Of a stretch of DNA of 63,969 bases, positions 53,748 through 63,969 are shown one piece after another. The translations under genes were made by a program, and so were the position numbers. This DNA comes from Octopus bimaculoides. Lineage: Eukaryota. How positions within the stretch are numbered: the first letter of the stretch is position 1; each line of letters begins with the position of its first letter. The notes beneath the pieces were generated by a model. That model saw only the letters and a list, made by a program, of their open reading frames with translations. It was not told the DNA's origin and searched no databases. The stretch is from the NCBI RefSeq assembly GCF_001194135.2, contig NC_068985.1, positions 17,736,728 through 17,800,696 on the forward strand, read 5' to 3'.

Positions 53748-54047
53748 AAGGCAAGTTGCTTAGTGGTTAGGGTACTCAGCTCAAGATCGTAAAGTCATGA
53801 GTTCGATTCCCGTCAGCGCGTTCCGTCCTTGAGCAAGACACTATTTCACGTTGCACCAGTTCACTTAGCTGGCAAAAATGAATTGTACCTGTATTTCGAA
53901 GGGCCAGCCTCATCACATTGTCACACTGAATCTCCCTTACAACTATGTTAAGAGTACAGCGCAGTGCTCAGTCATTTGCACGTTAATTCTACGAGCAGTT
54001 GATTGGATCAACTGAAACTACGTCTTCGTAACCGACGGAGTGCCGGT
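53748..54047 (+). mobile_element. tRNA-headed SINE (family D variant 3)
   Basis: TTAGTGGTTAGGG..GAGTTCGATTCCC; middle TCCTTGAGCAAGACAC..TTTCACGTTGCACCAGTTCAC; tail GGATCAACTG..CGTAACCGACGGAGTGCC. Confidence 0.75.
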
Positions 54048-54424
54048 TTAGTTATATTGTAGGTGAGGAAATGTGTGGATTAGTGAATATAGAACTGTCA
54101 TTGGGTTAAATCTATATTTTCTCGCGGTTTCTTAAAACTGATAATTTTTACCAAGCACTTCGGTATGTAAACACCATTATCGGTAAAGAACTTATTTAAA
54201 AGTTCTTATAAATTTATAAACATAATTAAGGGATCAGCAACAGTTGCTTCACCACATACCGAAGTTCAGAAATAGCAGCTAAAGTGCTAAAACTCCAACA
54301 GATAGCAATACTTGTAACTCACAAAGGCAAAACAAGAAGAAGAAAATAACGAAACTAACCAGTCTTAGTTAATCATAGACGCGTTTCTGGATCAGAACAG
54401 TGAAAACCTTCATTTCCTCATCAG

Positions 54425-55850
54425 TATGATATTCTAGTTTGCAAATTTGAAGATGCTGGGAACCATGCATGCNNNNNNNNNNNNNNNNNNNNNNNNNNNN
54501 NNNNNNNNNNNNNNNNNNNNNNNNNNNNNNNNNNNNNNNNNNNNNNNNNNNNNNNNNNNNNNNNNNNNNNNNNNNNNNNNNNNNNNNNNNNNNNNNNNNN
54601 NNNNNNNNNNNNNNNNNNNNNNNNNNNNNNNNNNNNNNNNNNNNNNNNNNNNNNNNNNNNNNNNNNNNNNNNNNNNNNNNNNNNNNNNNNNNNNNNNNNN
54701 NNNNNNNNNNNNNNNNNNNNNNNNNNNNNNNNNNNNNNNNNNNNNNNNNNNNNNNNNNNNNNNNNNNNNNNNNNNNNNNNNNNNNNNNNNNNNNNNNNNN
54801 NNNNNNNNNNNNNNNNNNNNNNNNNNNNNNNNNNNNNNNNNNNNNNNNNNNNNNNNNNNNNNNNNNNNNNNNNNNNNNNNNNNNNNNNNNNNNNNNNNNN
54901 NNNNNNNNNNNNNNNNNNNNNNNNNNNNNNNNNNNNNNNNNNNNNNNNNNNNNNNNNNNNNNNNNNNNNNNNNNNNNNNNNNNNNNNNNNNNNNNNNNNN
55001 NNNNNNNNNNNNNNNNNNNNNNNNNNNNNNNNNNNNNNNNNNNNNNNNNNNNNNNNNNNNNNNNNNNNNNNNNNNNNNNNNNNNNNNNNNNNNNNNNNNN
55101 NNNNNNNNNNNNNNNNNNNNNNNNNNNNNNNNNNNNNNNNNNNNNNNNNNNNNNNNNNNNNNNNNNNNNNNNNNNNNNNNNNNNNNNNNNNNNNNNNNNN
55201 NNNNNNNNNNNNNNNNNNNNNNNNNNNNNNNNNNNNNNAGAACTGAAGGGATATTAATCCGAACAAGGGTCCTTTTAATGATTAGGTTTAGTTCGGTGTG
55301 ACGAGCGAAGTGACCATCCTTTTGGCAGCAAGACAGACCGTGAAGACCTGTGGGGTCGAGGGGCTTACTACAGCGGCATCTCAGTCCCCTACAGACGTTA
55401 GCTCCCACTCTGAGTGCGATGGAGATGCGGAGTTCATTAGACTGAGTAGACCTCTAATGTTGGCCACAGGCAGGGTATCTATCCAGTCTCCTGATAATTT
55501 TGCCCTAGCTGAAAGTAGGCGACACCTTGAAAATTGATCAGATTGATCAAAGAGAGAGTTGAAAGTGGCACCTGAACGCAGATTGTCCCATACTTTGTTT
55601 CTTTCTATCCTCCACTGTAAACGGAACTGACAAACCCAGGTCCCTCCAATGTGATAGAGCTTCATCCATCTCCCTGTTGGCCTGATGTTGCCTATCAAAG
55701 GGGAGCAAGCGTGGATGGAGGAAAGAAAACAAGGAAGAGATAAAGACGAGCACTTGCGCAAGCCTGAGTGAACAACATTAACTCTGGCGGTGAGATTCGG
55801 GTGGGGTGCAGGCAGGCTAGCTGTAACGGGAGTGGTGAGCTGAATAAGGG
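54425..55850 (-). mobile_element. 3' portion of a CRE-like (restriction-like endonuclease) non-LTR retrotransposon, spanning an N gap
   Basis: SLPCFLSS, KVWD..FNSLF..RCRLL..SGDWIDTLP, then CRCSKPLDPTGLHGLSCCQKDGHFARHTELNLIIKRTL..P (CCHC zinc knuckle preceding the RLE); frameshifted. Confidence 0.75.
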
Positions 55851-56059
55851 GAGGTGGGGGAAGGTTAGCGAAGGAAGTAGATTACATTCCTAATTATTGT
55901 AATCAAAGCATAGTTATTAACTCCCTATGTGTATCGGATGTTAATAAAAGAGGAAAAGATTCACAGTAAGAACTCGAGACAGATTATTTTTGACATAATG
56001 AATACGTTCCCTTTCATGAGGTCCTGGAAAGAAAAAAAAAACCAAGACTTAGCTCGTAC

Positions 56060-57011
56060 ATATAGGGCTTTCCTATAAGTAGGTTATCTCCCTTGGCTAG
56101 GCGGCGCTCCATGTAGATAAACTTCTGGAGGCTACCCACGCCATTGTTATTGTTTTACGTCTTATCATGGATATAAAGCAGCTTGATGATTCAGCTATCG
56201 AAGTACTTACTGTGCCTGAGTTAAAGAAATATTTAAGATTATATGGACAGTATGTTACTGGAAGAAAGGCGGACNNNNNNNNNNNNNNNNNNNNNNNNNN
56301 NNNNNNNNNNNNNNNNNNNNNNNNNNNNNNNNNNNNNNNNNNNNNNNNNNNNNNNNNNNNNNNNNNNNNNNNNNNNNNNNNNNNNNNNNNNNNNNNNNNN
56401 NNNNNNNNNNNNNNNNNNNNNNNNNNNNNNNNNNNNNNNNNNNNNNNNNNNNNNNNNNNNNNNNNNNNNNNNNNNNNNNNNNNNNNNNNNNNNNNNNNNN
56501 NNNNNNNNNNNNNNNNNNNNNNNNNNNNNNNNNNNNNNNNNNNNNNNNNNNNNNNNNNNNNNNNNNNNNNNNNNNNNNNNNNNNNNNNNNNNNNNNNNNN
56601 NNNNNNNNNNNNNNNNNNNNNNNNNNNNNNNNNNNNNNNNNNNNNNNNNNNNNNNGTAAGTTGCCGAATTTCACAGATAATGACATAATTACCTCGTGCT
56701 ACGGATGAAAGCAAAGCAACAGTTAAGGAGTGGCATATTTTACCACGACAGACACGTACACAGCATCGAATACCACGATGTGAGTGAAAGCTGCTCTCAC
56801 TGTATTGTCCGGTGTCTGGTAATCCCTTCGATACTGACATCAAACCAAAAAAAGAATCCTGACCACAGAGTGTGGGTAATTATATCAAATGTCACTGGCA
56901 ATGTGCATTCAGCTGATTGCAACTGTTAAAGCAAGTCACTGAGCATGCGTACATGTCATACGGGAGAGTTCCAATCAGGGGTGGATAGCACCTTATAGGA
57001 AAGCCCTATAT
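56060..57011 (+). mobile_element. ~950-bp TIR DNA element with SAP + SWIM-like coding remnant (ISL2EU/PHIS-like, non-autonomous)
   Basis: Perfect 20-bp inverted repeat ATATAGGGCTTTCCTATAAG (56060-79) / CTTATAGGAAAGCCCTATAT (56992-57011); AT or TA TSD cannot be separated from the TIR. Confidence 0.8.
56167..56929 (+). pseudogene. SAP domain followed by a truncated SWIM-type zinc finger (YqaJ-accessory-protein-like N-terminus)
   Basis: LTVPELKKYLRLYGQYVTGRKAD (SAP pattern); after the gap KLPNFTDNDI, a frameshift, then VRCLVIPS..HRVWVIISNVTGNVHSADCNC*. Confidence 0.7.
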
Positions 57012-57470
57012 CTATGTGTACTGCTATTATTTAGTGTAGTTTTTGTCTATTCTTTTCCTTTCTACGTAGCTCTGCCTGTTTGGATCATCCGTTGAACATG
57101 CTGAGATCACTCGAAGTCCAACTCGGTGATTTTATTTTTGTTATGGCCTCTCTGCAATCTTTCACGCACAATAAAGTTGCTTTTTTCGACTGAGTTAAAC
57201 AAAAGCGTTTTGAGATAGGAAAATAAAATTACCTCATTGTAAAAATATTTTATTTACTAGTATAAGGTGATAATGATGCTTATTTTTAGTTGTGATATAG
57301 CTCTCTTAAATTTCTTAATGTGTCAAACTCCTGTGTTATCTAACCTTTTGTACTTTTTTTTTTAAACAAAGACATTTATAAACAAACTTTTGATTCTTGA
57401 TTCACATCCAATTGAGTGGACTTTCCTGTCGTAAACGATGAGTATCCTGCAATTCGTTTATAGTGATCAA

Positions 57471-57548
<78 letters not shown>

Positions 57549-57879
57549 NNNNNNNNNNNNNNNNNNNNNNNNNNNNNNNNNNNNNNNNNNNNNNNNNNNN
57601 NNNNNNNNNNNNNNNNNNNNNNNNNNNNNNNNNNNNNNNNNNNNNNNNNNNNNNNNNNNNNNNNNNNNNNNNNNNNNNNNNNNNNNNNNNNNNNNNNNNN
57701 NNNNNNNNNNNNNNNNNNNNNNNNNNNNNNNNNNNNNNNNNNNNNNNNNNNNNNNNNNNNNNNNNNNNNNNNNNNNNNNNNNNNNNNNNNNNNNNNNNNN
57801 NNNNNNNNNNNNNNNNNNNNNNNNNNNNNNNNNNNNNNNNNNNNNNNNNNNNNNNNNNNNNNNNNNNNNNNNNNNNNTT

Positions 57880-58270
57880 TTCAAAAATTTAAAATCTATA
57901 TTAACGGTCAGGACCAATTTGACGAAAAAACGAGCAGTCTGGCAGCGAACCCGTGTCATGGTCATTTCTGTGCATGTGCGTAAAATGGCGAAATTTTACG
58001 CTTTGGGGTAGATTTCGTCAAATTGATGTCATGACGGCTAGTGTGCAAAATGTCTAAATTTTGCTTGAGAAATAAAATGCTCTTACCTAATCAAAACAAT
58101 TCGCATTGCAATGATGGGATTACCGTTAATAAGCTGCCTGTTTATACCCATGAAACATTTTTCGTCAAATTGACATCACGATGGCTAGTGCGAAAAATGC
58201 CGAAATTTTCGCGATTTTTGAAAATCGATGCTGATTAAGAAGCGATTTTTGAAAAATTCCATATTGCAGA
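57880..58270. repeat. Cluster of direct and inverted subterminal-like repeats
   Basis: 50-bp imperfect direct repeat at 58013-58062 and 58160-58209; inverted CAATTTGACGAAA at 57915-27; AAAATG.CGAAATTTT motif three times. Confidence 0.65.
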
Positions 58271-60510
58271 CATGAACCATCTCAACAACAGCGTAGAAAA
58301 TTTCCACACTCATTGCCTGGTTAATTGCCTAGTTCGAAGTTTCAATCCAATGTTTAAAAATTACATCCATAGGTAAAGTACACCATCTCAGAAAATGTAA
58401 TATGTTGTTTTTGTGGCCGACATTTTCTGAACCAATCAAAAACAGTATACGAGAAGCTATCCACTAAGACAGGCTTTTTCAGTCGGAAGTATGCCGGTGA
58501 ACAAAAAGCCGTTTTGGCAGTTCACAACGGTCCCAATTTCATATCTCAGTCACTTCTGTATGGATGGTCTACCATAACTTTGAGAAAGGAATATGTCTGT
58601 GCTATCCATGATCAACGAAGTTCGTACTAGGTAGATTTGTGAAAATAGGAACCACCACTCTGTTTTATCCTGTCATACGATTAAGCAGCACAATAGCAGA
58701 TCTCCCAATCAGTATTGAACATGGTGGGTAAAGATAGTCTGCAAGAAATGGGATTGATATATTATCGTCGGGAAGCAGATAATGGAGGGCCCTAGAATGC
58801 AGCAAGCGAATTCCTATGTAACTGTATTGAGAATCTTGACGTCGAATGAAACAAATACGTAAGACGGCGAAGGTATGTGGCAATCAATAAATCAGCAATC
58901 AATTAATTGGTTCTTACTGAGGACAAACAGCTGATTGGAAGAAGCCAAACCAGTGAAGCGAATTGCTACAGATTGAATATTTAATTTTCAGTAAGGTTGC
59001 TGGAAGCTTACCGACAGGAATGGAGATTTCGCCGGTATTTTCGCCTCGAACACGTCATTCCCGTTTTGAATTGGACTTGTTCAAAGTTCCAACGTCGCTT
59101 TTCGGCAAAACAGTGTAATATAATGAAGAGCCTTTTTGTTCTTAATCCCCCAAGTGACTCATTTTTTAACATTGATGATTTCACATATGTGAGACATACC
59201 AACGGAACTTGGTCACCCTGAAGACAGTGTCATAGTGATCGAGTGCAAGTCAAGCTGTTGAATTCACTAATTGAGTTATCTGACTTCTTACATCAATACA
59301 GAGCTGTTTTCTTCGAACTATTATTCACACAACCTCAAATTGCTGTAATACCGCCTTCAAGTAGTGAGGCAGCGAGCATTTTTTTCAAGCTACAAATGAT
59401 CATGATCTACCTGCAGAATTCCATTTCGTTGTTCATATCAATCATTCTTGCATTAGTCATTTTCTACTCGCGATACCATTTGGCCATTCCGTCTGAAACA
59501 TCAGAATTCAATTGCTTTCGTCTGTTCCAGAACCAACTAGAGATTCTTTCCGTGGTCTCACCCCAATCTGCCAGCGGCTGCTTTTCTTTCCCTTCCTGGT
59601 ACTATTAGAGTTGCAAGCGGGGAATTCCTGCAGCCAACATTAAGTGGAAATAGCTAGGCCGACTACCTATTTTCCCCACTCATTGACCAGGCACTTGGTG
59701 GTTGCGAGGAGACCTCGGAGTTGCTCTCTGACGTCTCTTCGCAACCATCTTCCTCAAGAGATTATCACTTCAGTCAGAATGATCCTCTTCACTTCGTTAG
59801 GCTATATAACAATGTTAGGTCTCAAGAATGTTTGAACGACCTGGGAAAGTATAGATTTTTCTCCCACGTCCACACACACACACACACACTTATTGATATG
59901 TAAATGCAGTGAAAATCTATGTGGACACGTTTAAGGATTAGTAAACAAGATAATATACGTTGTTATGTAAAATGTGTTTATTACAGAAAGAATCTCTATC
60001 GATTCAAATTTATCTAAATGTGAGGCAATATATAATGGCTGTGAAGATGTTTGTTTATCGGTAACTGGGCGAATGCTTGTGTGTTGTGACAGGTAGCAAA
60101 CCAGTCACGGGAGTTGGCTTTTGGCTATCGTAAATATAAAGATGAAAGCCTTGTTAGAATGTATTTTGGTTTTTTACCTAAGCTTATATTGTAGAATTAA
60201 GCAGATTTTTTAATGTAACAGAAATCAGAAAAGGTCTAATAGAACTTTCTAAAGCAAGTTTTTGTCTCTAACGTAAATGAAAAGTGATTAACAAGGTTGA
60301 AAGAATAAGGACTACAAGAAAAACGAGCTGAGGTCAACTATAAGCGAATCGAAAGGTTAATAGATCGCATCTCAACAAGGTTTCATCTTACATAAACGCG
60401 TTTTCTCATACTTACAAACACACGTGTATATGTATGCATGTATATGTGTGTGTTGTGCATGTGGTATAATTTTATATATACATATTGGGTATGGTAGATG
60501 AGTTCAGCAT

Positions 60511-60671
60511 AAATTTAGATTCAGATGAATATGGTACTTAGGTTGAGGCACCAGAATTTAGAACGGTATTATCCATACAAATTCAAAGTAAGGTGATCAA
60601 AATCAAAATAAGCAACAAGAATATCCAGAGGTAATACAGTACTGCAATACCTCTGGATATCCTTGTTGCTT

Positions 60672-60737
<66 letters not shown>

Positions 60738-60751
60738 GGTTGGATAATCGT
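60511..60751 (+). repeat. Homolog of the 8.5-kb repeat containing an internal 30-bp-arm palindrome and (GT)n
   Basis: CAAAATAAGCAACAAGAATATCCAGAGGTA (60604-33) / TACCTCTGGATATCCTTGTTGCTTATTTTG (60648-77), 29/30 matches. Confidence 0.75.
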
Positions 60752-61949
60752 ATAATTCGCAGTAAGAAGCCTCTCAGAGATACAGATTAAGGATGTTTGA
60801 TGCTTATTGTCTCTTTACAACAAAGCCATTTGTTACGGCTCCTGTCTCTTCAGAGAAGAGTAGTGAATGTGTGGATGCTTAGATTTATATATATATATAA
60901 GGGATAGAATGGAGCGAGGTGGAGGGAGAAAAAGTGCAGTGGAAGCAGTGATAATGATAATTTTGATAATTATGACTAGCGGGTCCCGTGAATATTTCAC
61001 AGAATTAATGGTAAACTTATTGCGTTATTCCTGAAAGCCTGAAAGCGTAGCCTATGTTGTGTCTGTATCAAGAGATAGTCACTCATCTGCTAATCACTGA
61101 AAAGTGAAGGAAACTGGAATACAATGATTACTTAATGCATTTTATATGCTTTATGCACAATTTTGTAGACTTAAAATACACAGCACTCTCCTTCTTTCTC
61201 TGTCACTCTTCGCCTTTACTTCTTTTTCTCTCTGTTTTTTCTTTCGCTCTTCGACTTCCCTTCAACTAATCACGTGAAAACCTTATAGAGGAGATAAGTA
61301 ACGGAGAAAAAAGCTTTAAAAAATTACACATTTCACTCACCACCACCTCTCCTCTCCCATTACATCCCCTTCCTCTCCCATCAACTAATCACGTGGAAGC
61401 GTTACGGACGAACTAAGTAACGGAGTGACGAGCAGAATTATTATAGGATAGGAATGAAAGTGCTCGTTCTTAAGGTATAAAAAGTAAAGTGGGATGAAAG
61501 CAATAAATAAGAGTTAAAATTTAAAATGAAATGATACAGGCGAAGAAAATAATTATAAGGCAGAGATGTTGAAAGTAAGGTAAAACAGGGAGATAAAATA
61601 AAAATAAATTTAAAATATAAGCTAGAAATTTTGGGGGAGTGGGTAAGTCGATTACAACAATCTCAGTGCTCAAATGGAACTTAATTTTATCGACCCCGAA
61701 AAGAATGAAGGCAAAGTCCACCTCGGTGGAATCTAAACTCAGAACGTAGAGACAGACGAAATGCCACGAAGCATTTTGCCTGGGTTCTTAACGAATCTGC
61801 CAGCTTGCTGCCTTGGTGTAAGCTAGAAATAAAAATTAAAATGACAAGGCGCTTGTGAAAGGTTAGCACAGCCTCATTCCTGACTGAAATTGGCTGTCGT
61901 GGTTTCCCAGCGATATATGTGCACTATTTCCTGCGAAAGATTGGTTTGA

Positions 61950-62870
61950 AACCCAAACAACCAAAGAAAGCTATCAAAGAGATAACCATGACAGTTGAGA
62001 ACAGTCTAGGGTAGCTGCTTAGAGGACAAGAGAGCGTATATGGAACCCTTCGGTGGGCGAAGGGTAATTCAGGCCTCGCTGCCCTATTTCAGCAGTGTAC
62101 AGGCTAAAAGGCAAAGCACTCGTAAACACTGAAGTGCTTTGAAGATATAGAGGGTTTCTAGCATTAACGATTTCGCTAAGTAGTCTTGTGTTGGTTTTCT
62201 TTAGAATATCTTCGCTAGTTACGTACTCTTGTAAGTACATTTTCAGAATCCTTCTGAAGCAGATTTGGTGGAAGACACCTGACTTTCTGTCGGACTTTAC
62301 GGTGCTCTTCCAGGTCTCACTAGCATAGAGGAACTGTTGGTGGAACTATGTTATTATAGTGCTGGATCTTTGTCAGTAACGTGATGGTGTTAGAGGCCCA
62401 GACACATTCTCTGGAATACGGCCGTGGCTTTGTCAATTCCATGGCCATTGCAGCTGAGACGCTACAAGAAAGGTGATTCTGTCAACTGTCTCTTTATGAT
62501 CGATGTTGTTCAACGGTCACCATTTTTAATGTTCATTGCTTTGGTCTTCGCCACACGGATTCTCAGATCAATCTTTCCACATTTTATTCTAGTTCTGATG
62601 TGAGCCGTGGCAGGTTTTTACTATCGTCAGCGACCAAGACAATTTGATCAGCAAAATCCAAGTCCTTCAGTCTAGTCTGTTGTTTCCATGATATTCCTCT
62701 ATCGGGTATGTTTGCTGTTTTCTTCAGGACAAAGTCTACTGCCACTAACAACAGTAGGGGCAACAGAATGCAGCCTTGTCTCACTCAGCAACGATGTCGA
62801 AAATGTCGGTTTCCCTTGTTTCCGTTCGAACACATCATCGCGAACTTCAGTGAAGTTCTTTTATTTCATT
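61950..62870 (-). mobile_element. RTE-clade reverse transcriptase fragment
   Basis: VRQGCILLPLLLLVAVDFVL..GISWKQQTRLKDLDFADQIVLVA (cf. GVRQGCILSP..DLDFADD), then KIDLRIRVAKTK; decayed downstream. Confidence 0.9.
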
Positions 62871-63568
62871 TGTGTGTGTGTGTGTGTGTGTNNNNNNNNN
62901 NNNNNNNNNNNNNNNNNNNNNNNNNNNNNNNNNNNNNNNNNNNNNNNNNNNNNNNNNNNNNNNNNNNNNNNNNNNNNNNNNNNNNNNNNNNNNNNNNNNN
63001 NNNNNNNNNNNNNNNNNNNNNNNNNNNNNNNNNNNNNNNNNNNNNNNNNNNNNNNNNNNNNNNNNNNNNNNNNNNNNNNNNNNNNNNNNNNNNNNNNNNN
63101 NNNNNNNNNNNNNNNNNNNNNNNNNNNNNNNNNNNNNNNNNNNNNNNNNNNNNNNNNNNNNNNNNNNNNNNNNNNNNNNNNNNNNNNNNNNNNNNNNNNN
63201 NNNNNNNNNNNNNNNNNNNNNNNNNNNNNNNNNNNNNNNNNNNNNNNNNNNNNNNNNNNNNNNNNNNNNNNNNNNNNNNNNNNNNNNNNNNNNNNNNNNN
63301 NNNNNNNNNNNNNNNNNNNNNNNNNNNNNNNNNNNNNNNNNNNNNNNNNNNNNNNNNNNNNNNNNNNNNNNNNNNNNNNNNNNNNNNNNNNNNNNNNNNN
63401 NNNNNNNNNNNNNNNNNNNNNNNNNNNNNNNNNNNNNNNNNNNNNNNNNNNNNNNNNNNNNNNNNNNNNNNNNNNNNNNNNNNNNNNNNNNNNNNNNNNN
63501 NNNNNNNNNNNNNNNNNNNNNNNNNNNNNNNNNNNNNNNNNNNNNNNNNNNNNNNNNNNNNNNNNNNN

Positions 63569-63969
63569 CATCACAGACAGACAGAGAGAGACACACAGAC
63601 AGACAGACACACAGACACACAGACAGACACACAGACACACAGACAGACACACGGACAGACAGACACACGGACAGACAGACAGAGACACACACAGACGCAC
63701 AGAGACAGACGCACAGACACAAACACACAGATAGACAGACACACAGACAGACAGACAGACACAGACACACAGACAGACAGACACAGACAGACACAGACAG
63801 ACACACAGACACACAGACACACAGACAGACACAGACACACAGACAGACAGATAGACACAGACACACACACAGACAGATAGACACAGACACACAGACAGAC
63901 AGATAGACACAGACACACAGACAGACAGATAGACACAGACACACAGACAGACAGATAGACACAGACACA
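63569..63969. repeat. (CAGA/CA)n compound microsatellite
   Basis: Directly visible. Confidence 0.95.

Noticed and set aside
58640-59850. Weak retroelement-like peptides on the minus strand (FVSFDV as in PLE RT; MSHLG as in integrase zinc-binding domains) and the 121-aa plus ORF at 59243
   Set aside because: Motifs are too short, mutually inconsistent and heavily stop-interrupted to assign without tblastn.

Overview
AT-rich, microsatellite-dense animal genomic DNA with eight assembly gaps. The repeat families resemble those I recall from octopus/coleoid cephalopods (inference). No intact protein-coding gene, real tRNA/rRNA gene or CRISPR array is supportable; most ORF-track entries are microsatellite or N-gap artefacts. 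The window is a transposon graveyard: several tRNA-headed SINE families, decayed RTE, CRE-like and Penelope-like (PLE) retroelements, Tc1/mariner/maT/pogo fossils, and hAT- and piggyBac-type MITEs. Most notable: (1) a ~390-bp palindrome at 17.6-18.0 kb joining a tRNA-like Pol III head to minimal hammerhead-ribozyme motifs on both strands, with a compensatory base-pair change; (2) further hammerhead-like motifs at 5.2, 46.6 and 46.9 kb; (3) a ~950-bp TIR element at 56.06-57.01 kb carrying a SAP + SWIM-like reading frame (ISL2EU/YqaJ-accessory-like); (4) a chimeric mariner at 45-46.3 kb; (5) an apparent switch from CpG-poor to CpG-retaining DNA near 35 kb, next to a promoter-like segment and a minus-strand splice donor, suggesting the left half is methylated intron of an unidentified host gene. 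Family labels come from motif recognition, not database searches, and many boundaries are approximate.
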